A program made the translations under genes and the position numbers. DNA of 48,177 nt, from contig NC_057718.1 in NCBI RefSeq assembly GCF_004010195.1, positions 9,538,655 to 9,586,831 on the forward strand. The letters are read 5' to 3'. Under the pieces are notes generated by a model. That model did no database searches and was not told where the DNA came from. It saw only the letters and a program-made list of their open reading frames with translations. Origin of the DNA: Chiloscyllium plagiosum. Its lineage: Eukaryota. Of this stretch, positions 35,618 through 46,606 are shown one piece after another. Positions within the stretch are counted from its first letter, which is position 1; every line of letters begins with the position of its first letter.

Positions 35618-36150
35618 ATTAGATTAGATTCCCTACAGTGTGGAAACAGGCCCTTCAGCCCAACCAGTCCAGACTGACCCTCCGAAGAGTAACCCTATTT
35701 CCCTTTGACTAATGCACCTGACACTATGAGGAGAAAGTGAGGTCTGCAGATGCTGGAGATCAGAGCTGAAAATGTGTTGCTGGAAAAGCGCAGCAGGTCA
35801 GGCAGCATCCAGGGAACAGGAGAATCGACGTTTCGGGCATAACCCCTTCTTCCTGAAGAAGGGCTTATGCCCGAAACGTCGATTCTCCTGTTCCCTGGAT
35901 GCTGCCTGACCTGCTGCGCTTTTCCAGCAACACATTTTCAGCACCTGACACTATGGGCAATTTAGCACAGCCAATTCACCTAACCTGCACATCTGTGGAC
36001 TGTGGGAGGAAACTGGAGCACTCGGAGGAAACCCAAGCAGACACGGGGAGAATGTGCAAACTCCACACAGACAGTCGCCCAAGACTGGAATTGAACCTGG
36101 GTCCCTGGCACTGTGAGGCAGCAGTGCTAACCGCTGAGCCACCGTGCTAC
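35618..36150 (-). mobile_element. HE1 SINE interrupted by a young palindromic family A element (35729-35940), 15-bp TSD
   Basis: gcacctgacactatg at 35714-35728 and 35941-35955. Near-perfect inverted arms of about 88 bp. Hammerhead CTGAAGA-A-GGGC-TTAT-GCCC-GAAA-CGTC at 35853-35880. Confidence 0.92.
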
Positions 36151-38664
36151 CCCAAGTATTCTCTCTGTTTCTATTTCTATGTATTGGAGTGCTTCACCTT
36201 TGTGTACAATCCTTAGGAGCATAGGAACAGGAGTAGACCATTCAGCCCCACATGTCCATTCCACCATTCAATTAAATTATGACTGATCTATGGCCTAACT
36301 CCATATATATGCTTTGACCTATATCTCTTAATATCTTTGCTTAACAACAATTTATCTATTTCAGATTTAAAATTAATAACTGATCCAGCATCCACTGTCA
36401 TTTGTGGAAGAGAGTTCTGAACATCTAAAACTCTTTGTGTGTAGAAGTGCTTCCTAACATCTCTCCTGAATGGTCTGGCCTTAATTTTCAGACTATGCCC
36501 CAGTGGAATTGTTTATCTTTATCTACCCTGTCTTTTCCTGTTACATCCCAATGACTGAGGAAATTTCCCAGGCATTTTATGCAGAATCAATTGTGTGCCA
36601 TCCCCATACAGTCCCAAAGCAGAACTCCAATCTAATCCTCATAAACGACTTACCTCCCTATTGGAATTTCTGTGCCACGATCATTGTGACTGAGACCAGC
36701 TTTCAATTCCAGATCTTGAATTGAATTTAAATTAAATTTCACGTGCTATCATGCTGGGAGTGGAACTCCTGTCGCTGGAACATTAATTAGTGTGGGCCCC
36801 TAGATTTCCAATTTTGTGTTATGATCAGGATCCCACCACCTCCCCACAGCAAGTATTTAGTAAACCAAATGTTACATTGACATTTAATGCACGGATTTGG
36901 AGTACGAGTCTTGCTATCATTAAACAGTAGTTTGGTGGGACAGCATCGAGGTACAGGTTTGTTCTCATTGCCTAAAGAAGGATATCTTTCACCTAAAGGG
37001 GCTACAGATTGATTTTTGGGATGAAATACTGACTGAATAGAATGGACCTGTTCTCTCGGGAGCTTTGACGAATGAGAAACAATCTCATTGAGACGTTCAA
37101 GATCAGAGGGCTTAACAGGTTATCATTATATATCTTGTCTTTTCCTGTTAATATCTTGAAGACTATGATCAGATCACCACTTCCTTTATAAATTCTAGAG
37201 AAAACAGGCCTAATTTGTATAATCTCTCTTCATAATTTAACCTCTTAAATCCAGGTATCATTCTTATACACCTACACTGTACTCCCTACAAAGCCAATAT
37301 ATCCTTCCTATGGTGTGGTGCCCAGATTTGTACACAGTGCTCCGACCCTCTAACCAGGGTTTTGTATGACCGCAGCATAACTTCGGCATTCTTATCCTCC
37401 AGTCTTCTGGATAAAAAGGGCAGCATTCCATTAGCTTTCTTCATCATTTTTCTGCACCTGTTTATGACATTTTACATATCTATGCACCTCAGTCTCTTTG
37501 AATATCCACTGTATTTAACTTCATGCCATCTAGAAAGTTCCCCGATTCATCCTTTTTTGGTCCAAAATGGATGACCTCACACTTATTTACATTGAACTCT
37601 AACTGTCACAGTTTTGCCCAATCACATAGTCTATCAATATCCCTTTGTAATTTTATGCTATTGTCTACACTGTCTGCAATATCACCTAACTTTGTGCCTT
37701 CATCAAAGTCATTAATAAGTCATTTTAATCCTCTGAGGAAAAACAGTTTGGAGTCATACAGCACGAAAATAGGCCCTTCGGCCAGACTCGTCCCTACTGA
37801 CCAGATTTCCTAAACATAACTAGTCCCACTTGGCTAATTTACTCCAAATCGCTCAACATCTTTCCCATCTATATAAGTGTCCAAATGTCTTTTAAATGTT
37901 GTATATGTACCCACCCCTACCACTTCCTCTGATAACTTGTTCTGTATACGCAATGTGTGAAAACGTTGCCCCTAAGGTCCCTTTTAAATCTTTCCCCTCT
38001 CATCTTAAACCTATGGCCTCTGGTTTGGACTTCCTCCTCCTGGAGAAAGGACTTTGGCTCTTCACCTTATAGGTGATTTTAATTAATTCTTCTCATTTCT
38101 GTCCCAAAAGGGCAATCCTATTTTTTAAACTCACCCATAAAAGTAAACATTATTTTCTTCCGTAGCTTGGTCAAGACCATTCAGAATCTTATACATTTTA
38201 ATTAGGTCACCTCTCACTCATTCAAACTCTAGTGAAAACAGGCACAGTCTGTCTATTGTTTCCTCATGACATCACCCACTCAACCTCACAACCGCAGAAA
38301 GCAGTTTACCATCAATTACTTTTGCAGTTTTATCCCTGTCCCAGTGTAGGAAATCTATTACACAGCACGCTGTCACAGACAGCAGTGTCAGCAAGTTAAT
38401 CTGTGGGAGAAATGTTGGTTAGATTACATTAGATTAGGTTAGGTTTTATTGTCACTTATACTGAAGTACAGAGAACAGTGAAAAGTTTACAACGTCATCA
38501 CTCACGGCACCATCTTGGATTAAAACAAGTATAAAATAAAGAAATAATTTAGAAGTTCGACATTACAGTTCTTCTCAGTGTAAAGGAATAAATAAGGAAT
38601 AAAGTTGAAGTTCCAAATCACAGTCCTTCTATAGCTGGGCTTCCTCGTGAGGCCTTGATCTCTC

Positions 38665-39010
38665 TCCCACACTGATCTCGATCTCTCGATCCCCACACCT
38701 CCACGCTGCCAATCTCCATCCTCTCTCTCCCACTCTGGACTCGATCTCTCAATCCCCACACATCCCCGTTGCCGATCTCCATCCTCTCTCTCCCACACTG
38801 GACTCGCTCTCTCAATCCCCACACATCCCCGTTGCTGATCTCCATCCTCTCTCTCCCACTCTGGACTCGATCTCTCAATCCCCACACCTCCCCGTTGCCG
38901 ATCTCCTTTCTCTCCCTCACACTGGACTTGACCTCTTGATCCCCACACCTCCCCGTTGCTGATCTCCATCCTCTCTCTCACGCACTGGACTCGATCTCCT
39001 GATCCCCTGC
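38665..39010. repeat. 63-bp minisatellite (about 5.5 copies)
   Basis: Unit approximately ctcgatctctcaatccccacacatccccgttgccgatctccatcctctctctcccactctgga. Appears as a 21-aa repeat in the ORF track. Confidence 0.9.
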
Positions 39011-39034
39011 CCTGCCATCTTGCCACTGACCACC

Positions 39035-39545
39035 ATAGAGTCTTACACACGGAAACTGATCCTTCGGTCCAACCAGTCCATGCTGAATATAATCCCAAAC
39101 TAAATTAATCCTACCTGCCTGCACCTGGTCCATATCCCTACAAACCTTTCCTATCCAATGTCTTTGAAACATTGTAATTGTACCTGCGTCCACCACTTCA
39201 ACCACTCTCTGTGTAAAAGGTTTGCCTCTCATGCATTTTTTAAAAAATCTGTCTCTTCTCACCTCAAATATGTGCCCCGTCTAGAAATCCCCCTTCCTAG
39301 GGAAAAGACACCAATCATTAACTCTATCTATACCTCCCATTACTTTATAAACTTCAGGTCACCTCTCAACTTCCTGTTCTCCAATGAAACAAGTCCCAGC
39401 CTATCAGGCCTTTCTTTATAACTCAAGCCTTCTATACCCGACAACATCCAGGTAAATCTCTTCTGAACCCTCTCCAGCTTGATAATATCCTTCCTATAAC
39501 TGGGCGACCAGAACTGGACACAGGACTCCAGAAGAAGCCTCACTA
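39035..39545 (-). mobile_element. CR1 LINE 3' fragment
   Basis: LESCVQFWSPSYRKDIIKLERVQKRFT...LRGDL. Similar fragments at about 37140-38080. Confidence 0.85.
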
Positions 39546-40949
39546 ATGTCCTCTTCTATCTCCCACGCTGGGCTAGATCTCTCGTGCCTCCGCCCTCCCA
39601 TCTCGTCACCAACCACCTCACCACAAGCTGCCAGAGTATCATTGAAGTGTGGAATGTGTGTCTGCTCTGAGCAGATGGAGGGAACGGCTCCAGAGCTGGA
39701 GGGTCAGGGTGGTCATGGTTTAAGGGTTAGGTCTTACCCATTAGAAGAACATCCCCACTGTTACAGATTAGTTCCTTGGAATCTCTTACTTCCATGCAAC
39801 ACGACAGACCTGGCCTTGGTTTAACATCTTGTCAGAAGAGCACTCCAAAGTTATAAAGCATTCGTGTAGAAAGCATGGAGTGTTCTGGTTCAGAGCTGCA
39901 ATGCCACAAAGTAACACTAGAGGTGTTACAGATCACACAGTCAGTAGAAGGAGTTCATTTCTGGCTGTGAAGTTACTAAAAAGAGCTGTGAGAGCAGGAA
40001 AACCAACAATAACGAGAGACTTCAGTCAACCAAATAGTAATTCAGAAAGCACAAGAAAAGTTTAGAGTCAGCTGACACATGCAGGGTAATGCTTCGCTCT
40101 GTTAATGAAACTAACTCATCCTTAATCATCTTCAGGGAATGATAAAAATTCTGCTCAGCCCTTTTGTGTCCTTTTCACATCTTACTCCCTTGCTCTTTCC
40201 TGATAGATATTACCTTGGCACAGCGCTTGTTAATTACTTTATTTTTTGTTCATTCTCAGGATGTAGACGCATTGGCTTGGCCAGCATTTATTGCCTTCTT
40301 TCGTTGCCCAAACTAAGAGTTGCGGGTCTGGAATCTCATGCAGGCCAGACCAAGTAAGGACTGCAGTTTCCTTCCCTCAAGGACATTAGTGAACCAGATG
40401 GGTTTTTGCCAACAGTTGAAAATGGTTTTATGGACATCGTTCGAATCTTAATTCCAACATTTTTATTTGAATTCAAATTCTACCATCTGCTGTGGTGGGA
40501 GTTGAAATGAACCCCAGAACATTAGCTGGGTCCATTACCAGGATTAATAGCGATGACACCACAAATCCATCACCTCCCTTAACATCAGATGGATGCCATA
40601 TCATCTCTCAGGGAGAAGAAATCACAGAATAACATTTTACATGATCTGAAATTCGTAATTACCTATAAACAAAAACACAATAAATGTCATACATTTAAAA
40701 TGAATAAATTCAACAATTAAAGCTTTAATTAAAGCAGCTCTGTAACTCTTCCAAAGCCAAAGGTATAATGCTGAACATGCAGGACAAATATGTGACCAAA
40801 GCAAACTGAACTTTAAATGATTTACCAAGATAAGATCCATCGGGGGACAGGCGATAGGATGAATCAGAGGGGCAAAGAGAGACTTGGACATGGACATTAT
40901 AAGTGAGGCTCTGCAATTAAGTACCACATTAGTCGGAGAAGCCTGGGAA

Positions 40950-41430
40950 CCTATGACCAGTCTTTGAATTGAGGATGAGAACAAACTGCGAAGTATTTTG
41001 AGAAACTGCTTCCTCGAAGGGAAGACTTTCTCATGAGTGAACCGGAGAAAGATAAGCGGAATCCTATTTTTCCACAGGAAGTTGCAGGAAGTTGCAATGT
41101 TTCCTGCTCAATCTCGGTGACCACACTTCAAAACGTACAGCACTTTGGGATATGATGAGGACATGAAAGATGTTATATAAATGCAAGTCAGATTCAGGAA
41201 AATGATTTTTTCTGTCTTGATGTTTATAAATTATGATGCTATGGTACTTACATTTCATTAATCTCCGCAGGTAAATCCCAAATTTAGTAATGGTCATGTA
41301 TACTGCTGTTCCACATCCCATGAACAAGTAATGAAAAGAAACATCACTGACAATGGCATTTTCCAAATCCTAGTCTTTAGGTCTCCATTCACCACAATTT
41401 GAGCTTCTACAACCAATAAAACCATTACTC
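40950..41430 (-). pseudogene. Possible RRM and C-terminal remnant of the RBM44-like pseudogene
   Basis: Frameshifted fragments IVVNGDLKTRI / IVSDVSF / AEINEM and SSFSKY..HPQFKD resemble recalled RBM44 RRM motifs (VSEADLRSHF..VSEISI..KEMNG) and C-terminal SFTK....LHPE. Weak similarity, but in the expected order and orientation. Confidence 0.35.
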
Positions 41431-41544
41431 TCTCAATCTTGACCATTCTCCCAGAATGGCATTTATCCTAAATCCAAAGGGAACCGACTTGGACAACTTT
41501 AGACGTCCACTGTCAGATCTGGCTTCCTCTTCCACATTCCTCAC

Positions 41545-43172
41545 TCAGGAAAAAGAGAATATTGTAAAGGAGAAGACAGAGGTACGAGATATTAGATTAG
41601 AAAGGATCAAGGTTATTTACAAACAGGTGTCATCAATTCTGGAAGGAGTCCCCTGAGCCGAATGGGATTTATCCGAGGATTCTCTGGGAAGCAAGGGAGG
41701 AGATAGCAGAGCCTTTGGCTTTGATATTTGAGTCATCATTGTCTACAAGTTTAGTACCAGAGGACTGGAGGATTGCAAATGTTGTGCCCTGTTCAAGAAG
41801 GGCAGTAGAGATGACCCAGGTTACAGACCAGTGAGCCTTACTTCAGTTGTAGGAAAGGTTTTGGAAAGGATTATAAGAGATAAGATTTATAATTATCTAG
41901 CAAGCAACAATTTGATTTCAGATAGTCAACATGGTTTCGTCAAGGGCAGGTTGTGCCTCTCAAACTTTATTGAGTTTTTTGAGAAGGTGACCAAGCATGT
42001 AGATGAGGGTAGAGTAGTTGACATGGTATACATGGACTTCAGTAAAGCCTTTGATAAGGTTCCACACAGTAGGCTGTTGGAGAAAATGCAGAGGCATGGA
42101 ATTGAGGGTGATTTAGTAGTTTGGATAAGAAACTGGCAAACTGAAAGAAGGCAGCGAGTGGTGGTTGATATAAACTATTCAGCCTGGAGTCTGGTTACTA
42201 GTGGTGTGCCACAAGGATCTCTTTTGGGACCACTGCTGTTTGTCATTTTTATAAATGACTTAGACGCAGGCATAGGTGGATGGATTAGCAAATTAGCGGA
42301 GGTCACTAAAGTCGGTGGAGTAGTGGACAGTTTGGAAGAATGTTACAGGTTGCAGGGGGACTTGGATAAACTGCAGAATTGGGCTGAGAGGTGGTAAATG
42401 GAGTTCAATGCAGCTATATGTGAGGTGATGCACTTTGGGAAGAATAACAGGAAGGCAGAGTACTGGTCAATGGAAAGATTCTTGATAGTGTGGATGTGCA
42501 GAGGGATCTTGGAGTCCATGTACATAGATCCCTGAAAGTTGCCACCCAGGTGGATAGTGCTGTTAAGAAGGCATACGGTGTGTTAGATTTCATTGGTAGA
42601 GGGATTGAGTTCCGGAACCGCAATATCATGCTGCAACTATACAAAACACCAGTGTGGCCGCACTTGGAATATTGTGTATAGTTCTGGTCCCCATATTTCA
42701 GGAAGGATGTGGAAGCATTGGAAAAGGTGCAGAGGAGATTTACCAGGATGTTGCCGGGTCTGGAGGGAAGGTCTTATGAGGAAAGACTGAGAGACTTGGG
42801 TCTGTTCTCATTGGAAAGAAGAAGGCTAAAAGGGGATTTGATGGAGACATACAAAATGATCAGAGGATTAGATAGGGTAGACAGTGAAAGTCTTTTTCCT
42901 AGGATGATGACGTCAGCTTGTACAAGGGGCCATAACTACAAATTGAGGGGTGATAGATTTAAGACAGATGTCAGAGGCAGGTTCTTTATGCAGAGAGTGG
43001 TAAGGGTGTAGTTAACTCAGCCACATTAGGGAGATTTAAACAATCCTTAGATAAGCACATGGATGATGATGGGATAGTGTAGGGGGATAAGCTGAGAATA
43101 GTTCACAGGTTGGTGCAACATCAAGGGCCGAAGGGCCTGTTCTGCGCTGTATTGTTCTATGTTCCATGTTCT
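41545..43172 (+). mobile_element. 5'-truncated CR1 LINE (RT domain to 3' tail), defective
   Basis: RPVSLTSVVGKVLE..SQHGF..YMDFSKAFDKVPH..SGVPQGSLLGPLLF.IFINDL. The catalytic FADD motif is decayed to LAEV, with a stop at about 42395. Tail of (gttctat)n. Confidence 0.95.
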
Positions 43173-43479
43173 AATCCTTCAAATCAAATGTCTGTCCCCA
43201 CTATGTACTATTTAAAAAGTTGCATTTAAGACAATGGGTCATTGTCTTTGGAATACTCTTTGTCAAAAGTGGTGGAAGCAGAATCATTGAACAACTTGAA
43301 GAAAGAGGTGGACAGATCAAAGGGGTGAAAGGTTATCGGGGAAAGGCAGGAATGTGGACTATCCCTAATCTTATTGAATTGTGTGGCAGGTTGAGAGGGC
43401 CAAATGACCTATTCCTGTTCCTAACTCATTTTTAGATGTGATGCATAAGCAAAAACCTGTACCAATTAAATATTTAGAA

Positions 43480-44200
43480 AACTGAAGCCATTGTTTTCAA
43501 TCCCCACTCCAAACTCACTTCCCTAACTATGGATTTCAACCCTCTTCCCTTGCACATTTCCAAGTCTAAGCCATTCCGAGATGGCCTTCCAACTACACCT
43601 GCTATTTCCACCTCAACAACATTTCCTGACTTTGTGTCTCAGCAAATACTCTGCCAAACTCTCATTCCTCCTTTTGTTACCTGTGGACTTGGCTATTCCA
43701 ATGCACTCCCAACTGGTCTCCCACTTGCTACTTACCATAAACCTGAGGGTGTCTGCTACCTGTCTCTTCACTCACACTGGGTCCCATTCACCTGTCACCC
43801 ATTTGTCTCCCGACCCACATTAATAATTTTATAATTCTCAGCCTTGCTTTCAAATCCCTGTTCCTCCCTATCTCTGTAATCTCCTCCATCATCACAATCA
43901 TTGTCATATCTGGACTCCTCCATCTCTGGGGTCTTGCATGTTCCCAGTTTTCATTGCTCCACCATTGGTTGCCATCCTTTCCGATGCCAACATTCAAAGC
44001 TCCGAACACCATCCCGCAACCTTTGTACAGCTCGATTTTCTTTCTTCACCACTACGACACTCCTTATAACTTATGTCTTTGCTCAAGCCTTTGGTCTTCC
44101 ATCCAGCAGCTCCTACGTGGCTCAGTGTTGAACTTTGTTGATACTGTTCCTGTGCGTTGTTGTGAGATATTTTAATCCATTAGAAGAACTATGAAAATGC
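43480..44200 (+). mobile_element. Degraded L2-type LINE 3' fragment
   Basis: QTLIPPFVTCGLGYSNALPTGLP resembles the L2 motif TLIHAFVTSRLDYSNALL.GLP. Confidence 0.65.
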
Positions 44201-45176
44201 AGCTGCCTCAGTTGTAATCGCACCATCCATTTCAGCTCACTTCCAAGGTAAAGAGACTCTCTTCTTTTCAAAATAGGCTTGAAGTAATTAAAATTTCTGC
44301 TGGAATCCAGATAACTCTTTTTTTTATTATTATTATTACACTCCTAATAACTTTCTACCAGACCATAGGACTACTCTCTCATTAAAGAGAGACAACTGAT
44401 AGTTGTTTAAGCTGAGGGTCACTGTGCCTCAGGTGAAGGGAGAGATTGAGAAGGAGAATACTTGACAGTGAGCTCAGCTGGCGTAAACTTTGAACGCACA
44501 TTGTTAGTGTCACTCTGCATCAGCTGTCCAGGCAACTGAGCTATACCGACCCCCCTCCTACCAATGCTGTACTGTCCCTGATACTGTTTCAATTCCTTTC
44601 CTTTATTTGAAAAGATATTCAAAAAAACTTCACTTCTTTTCCACCAGCTATATCGCAGCACTCCAGTTTGGGATTAACAATAATTCCTCATTCTAAGATA
44701 ATATTGTTAGACTCCTTTTCTTAGGAATGCTGACAACACATGTTACTCCATCAAAAGACCTCTCAGCACTTTGACTAGGAGAAAGTGAGGACTGCAGATG
44801 CTGGAGATCAGGGTCGAGAGCGTGGTGCCAGAAAAGCACCCGATGAAGGGCTTATACTCAAAACGTCGATCCTCCTGCTCCTCACATGCTGCCTGACCTG
44901 CTGTGCTTTTCCAGCTTTTCTTGACTCTCAGCATTTCGAACCTTGATGCATGCTTTTCTGAAGACTGCCTTCCTAGCACAGACCGAGAAATGAAAGTCAT
45001 ATCTGGAAAGTTATCCCAGTAGCCCTGTGGGTAGTCTCAGTAGTAACTCTGGGTAACTTCGTTCTTACTTGGAATTGTTTTGTGGTTTTTGGAAGGTGAT
45101 TACTAACGTGAAACACAGAAAATTGTCTATGTTTAACTTAGAATTCCTAGAGCCCAAATTTGCAGCAAATAACATT

Positions 45177-45473
45177 GGGTGGCACGGTGGCTCAGTGGTT
45201 AGCACTGCTGCCTCATAGCACCAGTGACCCAGGTTCAATTCACAGCCTCAGGCAACCATCTGTGTGGAGTTTGCACATTCTCCCTGTGCTTGTGTGGGTT
45301 TCCTCCCACCCTCCAAAGATGTGCAGGTCATGTGAATTGGCCATGCGAAGTTGCCCCATAGTGTTAGATGCATCAGTCAGAGGGAAATGGGTCTGGGTGG
45401 GTTATGTTTGGAGGTTTGGTGTGGACTTGTTGGGCCAAAGGGCCTGTTTCCACACTGTAGGGAATCTAATCTA
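45177..45473 (+). mobile_element. HE1-type V-SINE
   Basis: A/B boxes, V-domain and tail. Confidence 0.88.
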
Positions 45474-45664
45474 AACATTAAAGTAGGTGTATGTAAATCT
45501 CACTGTTTCATCTTACCTCCCACAAAGAACAATGAAAATGTATCTGAAAACGACGTTTACATCATGTATCAAAATTATTTAATGACTACTTCTGTGTAAA
45601 ACTAACAGCAATAGCATGTTAACCTTAAATATACAATGAGTGATGTTCTTATACATTACAGTTC

Positions 45665-46540
45665 CTGCAGTGGCGACAAAACATCTGGAATGACATTTTG
45701 GTTCCCAGTACTCTCAACGTACTCTGGTTCATTTTAAGCTTCTGTAAAGCAGATGTTACAGCTGCGGCAAACTCAGTGCCAAGCTTAAACAAAACGACTC
45801 CAGATTTCTCCTCGACAGCCAACTTTTAAACTCTCCAACAATGTAGTTGACGCAACCAAATATTGTATTTCAAAAGCTGGAACACTGCCTTTCTAACTCT
45901 TTGCTTCAAACCCCTGCAGCAGTGTGATGAATGATTTCTATCTTTGGTCACAGAAGGTAAAGAGAATTCTGCTTCTGCACATCTGTACTTTTGCATGTTT
46001 TCTTCAGCTCTGCAAATACTACCAAGAACTTTCCTCAGTTTGGATTTGCACTGTCTGGGACATGATTCCTTTGTATGTGAATTAAAATCTGTTGCCTGTA
46101 GGATCATGTAGTTGCGTTTCTCCTCTGTGCTGACCTTAGCTGTCTGTGTGCTTTGCTGTTTCACTGTAGTTTCAACAATGGACCACATTGTATTTCAAAC
46201 AGCATTTCCATGCTTTCCACTTTGTCCCAGAACTGGTCTATTTTTGCTGATCAAAGTTCTGTCAACTTGATTAGCAACAGGGGTCACCGCTGTAGTTTCT
46301 TTGTCTATCGTGAAATCAGTCCTGAAATCAGCATCAATCCTCATAATTAAAACTTTTGAGCCTTTGTTAGAGCAGTTCGCATGTTTCACTTGGTTTTGAG
46401 TACAAGCTCCTTCGATCCAAGTCCCATCTCCAGAGACTGTCGATTCTGTGGGGCACAACTGATAATGGTTCAAAACGCATGATTCACAGGTCCACTCAAA
46501 TAGCTCTAATGGTCTGTCACTGCTACACTTGCAACAATGC
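45665..46540 (-). pseudogene. RBM44-like pseudogene, central conserved block
   Basis: One frame reads DADFRTDFTIDKETT...TLISKNRP...KHGNAV*NTMWS ... HCCRGLKQRVRKAVFQLLKYNIWLRQLHCWRV*KLAVEEK...TEFAAAVTSALQKLKMNQSTLR, then a frameshift to NQNVIPDVLSPL. This parallels recalled human RBM44 motifs ([103 protein letters not shown]). In-frame stops at 46195-46197 and 45826-45828. Confidence 0.75.
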
Positions 46541-46606
46541 TATCCCCAGTGTTATGGACTAGGTCAGACCACTCAAAACATTCTTAAGCAGGCAGCCCAG
46601 ACCAAC

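Noticed and set aside
38520..39098. 192-aa repetitive ORF
   Set aside because: Translation of the 63-bp minisatellite plus a CR1 tail.
39737..39986. Minus-strand acceptor/donor pair suggesting an exon
   Set aside because: All three frames stop early and no product is recognisable. Unsupported without RNA data.
46195..46197. In-frame TGA at a Cys position as possible selenocysteine or readthrough
   Set aside because: The same frame also has a TAA and a frameshift and is disrupted by TEs, so pseudogenisation is the simpler explanation. No SECIS was recognised.
46550..46606. TGTTATGG start suggestive of an LTR 5' end between the pseudogene and the CR1
   Set aside because: Only about 57 bp are visible and there is no matching end in the window.
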